Position numbers and translations under genes: made by a program. Positions 13,503 through 19,435 of a stretch of DNA of 19,435 nt are shown here, piece after piece; the stretch's first letter is position 1, and every line of letters starts with the position of its first letter. The stretch is from the NCBI GenBank assembly GCA_039794085.1, contig JBDIWC010000063.1, positions 1 to 19,435 of the forward strand, written 5' to 3'. The stretch comes from Gemmatimonadales bacterium (GTDB taxonomy: Bacteria > Gemmatimonadota > Gemmatimonadetes > Gemmatimonadales > GWC2-71-9). Under the pieces are notes generated by a model. The model had not been told where the DNA came from and did no database searches. It saw only the letters and a list, made by a program, of their open reading frames with translations.

Positions 13503-16460
13503 TTAGCCCGCCCGGTCCGCGGCGCCTTCCTCCTCGATGGTGAGCGGTGCCTTGGGCGGAATACGGAGCCTCAACCCCGGGCGAAGACCCAGCGAGGAGC
13601 CACCGAGTGCCGATCGGTTGGCCAGCCAGATCTTGGGCCAGAGGCTGGAATCTCCGTAGACTTCCCGCGCCACATCCGACAGGTCCCGGTCCCGCGGGCT
13701 CACCACGTACCAGATCGCGTCAGGTTTCTGGTGGCCCGAGGGGACTGTCCTGGGGGACATGACCTCGCCGGTGGCGATGATCCGGACTGGTCGCACTTGT
13801 TCCGACGCGGTGAGGGCCACACGCTCCGCATGGCCGGGCCGCAGCGTGAGGATGAGGCTGTCGTTCGGCAGGCCCCAGTGGGCAGGCAGCGCAGCCTCGC
13901 CGAGCCGGAGGATCCAGCGCCCCGGCCGGAGCCCTGTCAGCTGAAACTGGCCATCCGCATCGGTAAGCCGCCGCACGACGGTGCCTGCCCCCGTCAGTTC
14001 GACGAGCGCATTGCCCACCGGTCGCCCGGCCGGATGCAGTGTGTCGTTGACGGCGCTCGGGTTCGCGGTCGGGGCGAGACGGAGCGCGCCCGAGATGCGG
14101 GCGGCCCGGGTGACCTCGAACACGACGTCGACCACGAGCCCCTCGCGCACGTCAATGGCGCGCGGCGACGTACCAAGCACGATCCGCTCGGCGCCGATGC
14201 TGGTGAGATCGAGGTCGACCAGATGACTCCCGGGCACCAACCCGGAAAAGACATAGCGTCCGGAGCCATCGGTGAGCACGGACTGTCCCCCGATCCGGAC
14301 GAGCACATTGCTGAGGCCGCGTCCCGATTCCACATCGAGCACCCTACCGGTGACCCGGGCGCCGCCGGCATCCCGCGGAAGGGGCACTCCGAGACGAACC
14401 ACATACTCGATGAGCACCTGGGATGGACCCTCCGAGCCGGACTCGTCGGTGTATCGGGTGCGGCCTTGCAGCACCAGCCGGTGGCCCCAGGGAAGCCCCT
14501 GGTCCAGCATGGCGTCCACGGTTCCGGTTGCGCTGCGAATGCCCTCCAGATCCCGGATGCCGCTCAGCGAGACGCGCACCCGGGTCTGGGCAAACAGACG
14601 CGTCGCGAGGTAGAACGAGCCGGCCAGGTTCCGGCGGGACTTGGCGGCGGCCACGTCGCCGGACGCATACTCGGCGGAGGCGTGGAGAAACGTGCTTCCC
14701 GACTGGAGGCTGGCCTGCATCCCGACGCGATGAAAGGGGCGACGGGTGGCCGCCAGACGATTCTGCAGTTCTCCGATCTCCGCTGACGGGTACAGGGCAA
14801 CCGGCCCCAATCTCCCCCCCAGGCGCACGCGAATGGAGGTCCCGGATTGGTCGGCCGAAGGCGTGCCGCCGATTCCATGTCTCGAGGCGCTGTGCCGGAA
14901 CTCGAGCGTCACCCGATCGGCGAATCCCAGGTATCCCCAACCGGTGACCCTCCGGTATCGCACGCCGGTCGCGGCATTCTTGAGGGGGGAGTTCTCATCG
15001 CGTCCGACGGAGGCCCCCATCTGGAAGGCGCGCCACGGTTGAACCCCCAGGCTCGCAAAATCCCGGCGTTGGCCTCGGAAGCTTCCCGGATACTCCGGAT
15101 CAACTCGAAGGTGCTGAAGATCGTACCAGATCCTCGAACCGACCCCGGTGGCGTGCGCGGAGAATGCTTGCTCTGTCCGATACCTCCCAACGCCCTGCCC
15201 ATACTCCAGATCGACGGCGAGCGCGCGAAATCCGGTCGTGCCACGCACCGTCCAGAGGCTTCCCCGGTCCCCGCCAGGATGAGTGAGACCCTGGGCCGAA
15301 AGGGTGACGCCACCGACCGGCGCAACGGACAGGAAGCCGGCCTGTTCCTCCTGGGCTCGGGTGGTCCCCCGGGGACGACTCAGGAATCCGCCGACGGTCA
15401 CGGGACCGATCCGGGCGCGCCCCTCACCCCCGACGGCGTATCGCCCGAGTTCCGAGAGGGGCGAGAGGGAGTACACCTGATCGCCGGCTCGAAGGGTGAA
15501 CCTCTCAGTCACCAGGCTGATCTGGTATTCCTCACGGGCGCCGTTCAGGGATGGCCCCCGCTGCGGCCCACGGGCCAGAAAATCCAGGCGGGCGGTCCCT
15601 CCCGGGGAAAGCGTTCCTCCACCAAAAACCTCGAAGGCCGATTCCGCGTCCCGCGGAGAGCCGGCACGAAGCCTCAGCTCCACCGGCAATCTTGGGCTCG
15701 GTGGGCTGTTGGAGCTCGCTCGGGGGATGATCGCCACCAGCGTGGTGACGCTGGGTCCTGGTGTGGCGCCCTCCCCGTGATCCTCGCCGGCCTCGTGAAC
15801 CCGGAGTTCCACCCGGTGGTTGGTCGTGCGATCGACCTGGTCCGAGGTCGAGACGACGACAGGGATCGTCCGGGAGGTGCCGGCGGAGAGTTGGAAGGAG
15901 GTGGAGTCGACCCGGGCGGGAAGCTGATCGGCGCTCACCAGTTCCAGTCGAATGTCGGCACTGGCATTGCCGAGATTGGTCAGTTCGAAGGTCAGTCGGT
16001 ACTCATCTCCCGCCGGGGCGAATCGGGGCGCGCTCACCTGGAGGAGACGGAGTTGCCGCCGCCGACCGACCAAGATGACGGCCGAATCCCCCGCGAGCGG
16101 CAGGTCGGTACCGGGCCGGACGACCTCATACCGGATGAGGTAGGGTCCCGGCGGCGCGCGGGCCGGAATGCTCGCCGCGAGGAGCCGGGTATCCCCCATC
16201 CCGGGAGGAAGGGTAAACGGAGGGTCGGCCATGACGGCCCTCCAGCCGGGCGGCAGGCTGACACGCGAACGGAGGGGGGTGCTCGTGGGTCCCACGTTGA
16301 TGACCCGCATGACCAGGGTAGTCGTGGTGCCCGGCTCGGCCTCGATGATCGAGTCGCTCAGCCGGACGACACGCGGCCCCTGGGCGGCGGCGCCCTGCCC
16401 GATCAGGGCGAGCGCGAGGCCGGAGGCGAGGGCCGCGCGGGACCAGTCCAGGCGGCGCAT
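13503..16460 (-). CDS. Usher-like outer-membrane protein: two N-terminal Ig-like (NEW3/COG1470-type) domains, predicted beta-barrel, two carboxypeptidase-regulatory-like domains, C-terminal LysM
   Basis: Signal peptide MRRLDWSRAALASGLALALIGQGAAA; LPPGW Ig motif; long amphipathic beta-strand region; VTGRV…TDGSGRYVFSGLVPG and TDADGQFQLTGLRPG; LysM-like WYVV…DLSDVAREVYGDSSLWPKIWLAN…LRPGLRLRIP. Start could instead be ATG 16484. Confidence 0.8.
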   Translation of the reverse strand: MRRLDWSRAALASGLALALIGQGAAAQGPRVVRLSDSIIEAEPGTTTTLVMRVINVGPTSTPLRSRVSLPPGWRAVMADPPFTLPPGMGDTRLLAASIPARAPPGPYLIRYEVVRPGTDLPLAGDSAVILVGRRRQLRLLQVSAPRFAPAGDEYRLTFELTNLGNASADIRLELVSADQLPARVDSTSFQLSAGTSRTIPVVVSTSDQVDRTTNHRVELRVHEAGEDHGEGATPGPSVTTLVAIIPRASSNSPPSPRLPVELRLRAGSPRDAESAFEVFGGGTLSPGGTARLDFLARGPQRGPSLNGAREEYQISLVTERFTLRAGDQVYSLSPLSELGRYAVGGEGRARIGPVTVGGFLSRPRGTTRAQEEQAGFLSVAPVGGVTLSAQGLTHPGGDRGSLWTVRGTTGFRALAVDLEYGQGVGRYRTEQAFSAHATGVGSRIWYDLQHLRVDPEYPGSFRGQRRDFASLGVQPWRAFQMGASVGRDENSPLKNAATGVRYRRVTGWGYLGFADRVTLEFRHSASRHGIGGTPSADQSGTSIRVRLGGRLGPVALYPSAEIGELQNRLAATRRPFHRVGMQASLQSGSTFLHASAEYASGDVAAAKSRRNLAGSFYLATRLFAQTRVRVSLSGIRDLEGIRSATGTVDAMLDQGLPWGHRLVLQGRTRYTDESGSEGPSQVLIEYVVRLGVPLPRDAGGARVTGRVLDVESGRGLSNVLVRIGGQSVLTDGSGRYVFSGLVPGSHLVDLDLTSIGAERIVLGTSPRAIDVREGLVVDVVFEVTRAARISGALRLAPTANPSAVNDTLHPAGRPVGNALVELTGAGTVVRRLTDADGQFQLTGLRPGRWILRLGEAALPAHWGLPNDSLILTLRPGHAERVALTASEQVRPVRIIATGEVMSPRTVPSGHQKPDAIWYVVSPRDRDLSDVAREVYGDSSLWPKIWLANRSALGGSSLGLRPGLRLRIPPKAPLTIEEEGAADRAG

Positions 16461-16491
16461 GCCACCGAATGGGGGCCCGCCCATTGCTGCA

Positions 16492-17346
16492 TCACAACCG
16501 CAGAGTGTACTGCGCCCCGAAGACATCGTCCCGACCGGTGTCCACGACGACCAGCGCCTTGTAGGACCCGCGGGGCACCCCGGTGAGATCGAATTCCTGG
16601 CGGAGGGCCGTTCCGGGGTAGAGGAGACCGCGCTGTTGACGGAAGACTCCCGCCGGGGATCCGGTCGCCTCATCATACAGTTCGAGCCGAATCGCAGGGC
16701 GATACGCCCGCTCACCGCTGTTGGTCAGCGTGAAGAAAAGAGCTCGATCCCCGGTGGGAATCCCCAAGATCTCCGGATCACCGAAGGCCGCATCGGTCTT
16801 CCCCGGAGCCACCAGGTGGGTCGCGATCTGGACGGCGTATCGGACTCGAGTCGAGATCCCCACCTGCACCTCCGGCGCACCGGACCCTTGGCGGGAGTCG
16901 ATTGCCCGCGAGGGCACGCCTTCCACCATGATGATGCTCCAATAGGTGCCGGAGGGTGACGGCACGCCGGGAGGGACCGTCACCGTGTAGGCGATCGCCT
17001 CCTGCCGGCCGGGCTGTACGACGAGGCGCGCTGGTGTGACCCTCGTCCACGGGGCATTGGACCGTTCGCCGGTACCGGGTGGGTCGTAGAAGCTCCGTCC
17101 GTCGGCGAGGAATCGGTAGTCGGTCTGGTACACCACGATCTCCTGGGGTTCGCGGCCCAGGTTCTCCACCACGATGCTGCCGGAATAGGAGGCCCCCGGT
17201 CCGATCGATCGTTCCTCCACGGCCGGGCTCACGAGGCTCAGCTGGCCCGCAGCCGTAGAGGGAATGGCACAGGCCATGAGGACGGCCACCCCGGTGATTG
17301 CACCCGGAGGCCGAGGGTGAATGCCGGTGTGAGGGGTCGCAGGCAT
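16492..17346 (-). CDS. Periplasmic pilus-chaperone-like protein (two Ig domains)
   Basis: TGATG coupling to the upstream pilin-like gene; signal peptide; GSIVVEN, SNAPW, SGTYWSIIMVE, RYAVQI, TNSGER, LYPG pattern resembling two-domain fimbrial chaperones. Confidence 0.75.
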   Translation of the reverse strand: MPATPHTGIHPRPPGAITGVAVLMACAIPSTAAGQLSLVSPAVEERSIGPGASYSGSIVVENLGREPQEIVVYQTDYRFLADGRSFYDPPGTGERSNAPWTRVTPARLVVQPGRQEAIAYTVTVPPGVPSPSGTYWSIIMVEGVPSRAIDSRQGSGAPEVQVGISTRVRYAVQIATHLVAPGKTDAAFGDPEILGIPTGDRALFFTLTNSGERAYRPAIRLELYDEATGSPAGVFRQQRGLLYPGTALRQEFDLTGVPRGSYKALVVVDTGRDDVFGAQYTLRL

Positions 17347-17822
17347 CAGGGAGATGTCACGGTAAAGGTTACGGATGGTGCCGCGGTCGTCACCACGCCC
17401 GACGCGGACGTGGCGGTCAACCGGTAGGTAATCGTGAGATTGGTGTAGTCTCCGGTCGGAATGCCGGTCACCATGTCCTGGTCCGTGAGGCCAAGCGTGA
17501 CCGCCCCACGAGAAGTCCCGCCGGCCGGGGCCTGGAGCGTGGCCTCGAGTGTCACGCCGGCCGGGGGGGGGGCGCTCAGCCGGGCCAGGATCCGAAGCGA
17601 GCCATAGGTCGTGGACACGTTGTAGGTGGTGCTGTTCTCGGTTACGGCGGAGGGCGGGAGCCCCGGGACCGCGGACACGATTTGGAGCAGCCCAGGATCG
17701 CCGGACAGCGTGAGACTTGCCGTCTGGGCCCGGAGCGAAGGGACCGTCAGGCCCAACCACCCTAGAGCGAAGAGCTTCGCCACGCGGAGCGAGGGACCGG
17801 GAGAGCTACCATCGACGGGCAT
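17346..17822 (-). CDS. Pilin-like subunit 2 (paralogue of 17907-18383)
   Basis: Signal peptide; Thr/Ala/Gly/Ser-rich beta protein sharing SGDPG, PAGVTL, LQAP, D(M/L)VTGI, ITYxLxAT, GVV and VT(F/Y)TV with the upstream gene. Confidence 0.8.
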   Translation of the reverse strand: MPVDGSSPGPSLRVAKLFALGWLGLTVPSLRAQTASLTLSGDPGLLQIVSAVPGLPPSAVTENSTTYNVSTTYGSLRILARLSAPPPAGVTLEATLQAPAGGTSRGAVTLGLTDQDMVTGIPTGDYTNLTITYRLTATSASGVVTTAAPSVTFTVTSP

Positions 17823-17906
17823 GGGGAGGACTCCCGAGCACGGGCATGCGCAGGATAGGCCACCGTGGGCCCACCCCGCGGCACGCTTCTCGCGCCGCGT
17901 TTTGGA

Positions 17907-18383
17907 TCACGTTCCGGCCACCACGGTGTACGTGACGACCTTGCTGCCGCTCACCACGCCGGCCGCTGCGGTAGCCGAGAGACTATAGGTGATCGTCTTG
18001 CCGCTTTCGTTGAGCAGGGTGATGCCCGTGACCAGGTCGGTGGCGACGGTGGTCAGGACAACGGCGCCCGCACTTGTGGCGGCCGTCGGGGCCTGCAGGT
18101 CGACCGTGAGGGTGACGCCGGCCGGCATGTTGGTGGCCAGGGCGGCCTGGACCTTGGCCCCGGTCTGGTTGGTGGTGAAGTGCCAGGTCGTCGTCGCATC
18201 CGTGACCGAGGTCGGCGGGCTGCCGGGGGTCGCGGTCGTGATGGTGAGGGCCCCGGGGTCTCCCGACACCGCCATCGTGTTGATGGCATTGACAGCGTAG
18301 GTGACAGTCTGGGTCTGGGCCGACGCAGTGGTCGCCAGAGCCAGCAGTGCCAGGGCCAGAAGGGGAGTTGTTCGTCCTCCCAT
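17907..18383 (-). CDS. Pilin-like subunit 1 (probable major subunit)
   Basis: Strong RBS GAGGAGGA; signal peptide ending ASA|Q; ~136-aa mature Thr/Ala/Val-rich all-beta protein without Cys; first gene of the operon. Confidence 0.85.
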   Translation of the reverse strand: MGGRTTPLLALALLALATTASAQTQTVTYAVNAINTMAVSGDPGALTITTATPGSPPTSVTDATTTWHFTTNQTGAKVQAALATNMPAGVTLTVDLQAPTAATSAGAVVLTTVATDLVTGITLLNESGKTITYSLSATAAAGVVSGSKVVTYTVVAGT

Positions 18384-18483
18384 GGCGGTATCCTCCTCGT
18401 ACAGGTGGGCAGCGCAGAGCGCCGCAGCCCCCAACCGAGCGCAGGGGGACACGCAAGAGGTGTCGGCAGAGCGAGGAAAATCC

Positions 18484-18510
18484 TGAAGTGAAGTTTGAAG
18501 TTTGAAGGGG
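18484..18510. repeat. (TTGAAGT)-type heptamer array
   Basis: tgaag tgaagtt tgaagtt tgaaggg; same family as the other GAAGT arrays. Confidence 0.75.
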
Positions 18511-18517
18511 GGGAGCG

Positions 18518-18620
18518 ACAGTCAACCTCGGGCCACCCTGTGGGTGCCCCGAAGGCCCATTGGTGCGCCATGAGCCTGTGGGTGCCCTTCCGCCGAAGGT
18601 GAGGGAGGTTTCCCGACCGT
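18518..18620 (-). promoter_or_regulatory. Candidate structured 5' leader with duplicated GGGCACCCACAGG motif
   Basis: Closing stems ACGGTC/GACTGT and AACCTC/GAGGTT enclose two exact 13-nt repeats (plus strand 18537-18549 and 18575-18587) and internal hairpins. Confidence 0.45.
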
Positions 18621-18755
18621 GTGAGAGGAGGGCAGGTGAAAGAACACCGGATTCTGGTCGGCCGACTGCCGAGCGGTGGCGATCGCCGCCTTGCCGTATT
18701 GGCCAGCCAGATTCCGATGTCCCCACCCCACATCCCCTGCGGTTCCCTGTCTAGC

Positions 18756-19433
18756 TCAGGGCAGGTACCTGAGCGGGTCCAGGAAGTTCATCATGACCCG
18801 CGTCACACATTCGGTGACCACATCTGTGTTGGTTCCGATGGTAACCTCCGAAGAGGAGATCACCGGATACGGCCACACGGTCGAGCGAGTGGTGATAAAG
18901 CACCTCAGCCCGTTGGTGTCATCATACGTCCCCTCCCTCCATGTCATCCGGGAGCCGGTGGGATCGATTTGCGGTATCCCGAAATCGAAGGGGGCGAACG
19001 GGGACCTGAATCCGAGCATCTGGGCAAAACGACCGGTGAAAGTCGTGTCCGATCCGCTGACGGGACCGGTGGACACTCGATGCGCCGAGAACCTGACACG
19101 CGGGACACTGTCCACCTTCTGGAAGAGGGCAGTTGTCATCAGGAACAGGTGGCCCTCGGCGATGATGAAGAGGTCACCATCCGGTGCCCACACGACCCCG
19201 GAGCCGAACTGGGGGACGAGTGGAGTGCATGAAGCTGGCAGCACAGGTGACGGTGTACCGGACGCAAGGTCGATGCGCCATATTTCGGCGCATGCGTCCG
19301 ACGCATCGTGAACCCGGATCCTGCAATGGAGGGATCTGAGATAGATGCGAAACACCGTCTGCGGCCTTATTTTGTGCGGACTTCTTCGCGGAAGTATCCT
19401 CACAAAACGGAGGCACCCAGACGGTGCGATCAC
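18756..19433 (-). CDS. C-terminal part of a beta-propeller-like (TolB/PD40-like) protein; 5' end unresolved
   Basis: EIWRIDLASG, VVWAPDG and PQIDPTGSRMTW blade-like motifs. The frame is open to the window edge, but the first ~40 codons overlap a long hairpin and look non-protein-like. Confidence 0.5.
   Translation of the reverse strand: MIAPSGCLRFVRILPRRSPHKIRPQTVFRIYLRSLHCRIRVHDASDACAEIWRIDLASGTPSPVLPASCTPLVPQFGSGVVWAPDGDLFIIAEGHLFLMTTALFQKVDSVPRVRFSAHRVSTGPVSGSDTTFTGRFAQMLGFRSPFAPFDFGIPQIDPTGSRMTWREGTYDDTNGLRCFITTRSTVWPYPVISSSEVTIGTNTDVVTECVTRVMMNFLDPLRYLP
19353..19426. repeat. Long imperfect hairpin (74 nt)
   Basis: Nested pairings CACCGTCTG/CAGACGGTG, GCCT/AGGC, TTTTGTG/CACAAAA, GGA/TCC and CTTC-gcg-GAAG. 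Confidence 0.8.
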
Positions 19434-19435
19434 AT

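Noticed and set aside
14847..16586. 579-aa plus-strand ORF (and 13731-14786)
   Set aside because: Antisense shadows of the usher-like gene with low-complexity Gly/Arg/Pro composition.
18512..18534. Plus-strand GACAGTCAACCTCG resembling the 3' part of the c-di-AMP (ydaO) riboswitch
   Set aside because: Wrong strand for the pilus operon, and the 5' conserved elements (GCTGAA, GGGGA) are not in place.
19271..19307. Two short adjacent palindromes (ATGCGCC…GGCGCAT; ATGCGTC-c-GACGCAT)
   Set aside because: Within plausible coding sequence and short enough to be chance in GC-rich DNA.
18621..19311. Plus-strand ORFs 18621-19232 and 18676-19311
   Set aside because: No motifs; the minus-strand frame has propeller-like motifs and is the better candidate.

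Overview
High-GC bacterial chromosomal window. The gene mix and style suggest a diderm such as Gemmatimonadota (inference, not verified). Coding content in order: TM2-domain protein, putative porin, arginase/agmatinase, DUF2461 protein, M20 peptidase, a translationally coupled ECF sigma / anti-sigma / two exported HEAT-repeat protein operon, S41 C-terminal processing peptidase, DoxX, a GLQxGxVN-repeat surface protein, a four-gene non-canonical chaperone-usher-like pilus operon (two Cys-free pilin paralogues, a chaperone, and an usher-like protein ending in LysM), and an edge-truncated beta-propeller-like ORF. The intergenic DNA is unusually structured. Most long spacers carry inverted arrays of 7-nt tandem repeats from several families. 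A ~310-325 bp non-coding element without terminal inverted repeats occurs twice, plus one extra right end, and sits at TAG cores inside those arrays. Also present: a nested palindromic element, a perfect Rex-type operator, two ECF-type promoters, and a pseudo-symmetric structured leader upstream of the pilus operon. No rRNA, tRNA, CRISPR array, transposase or integrase was seen. All family calls come from motif recognition by eye; no searches were run.
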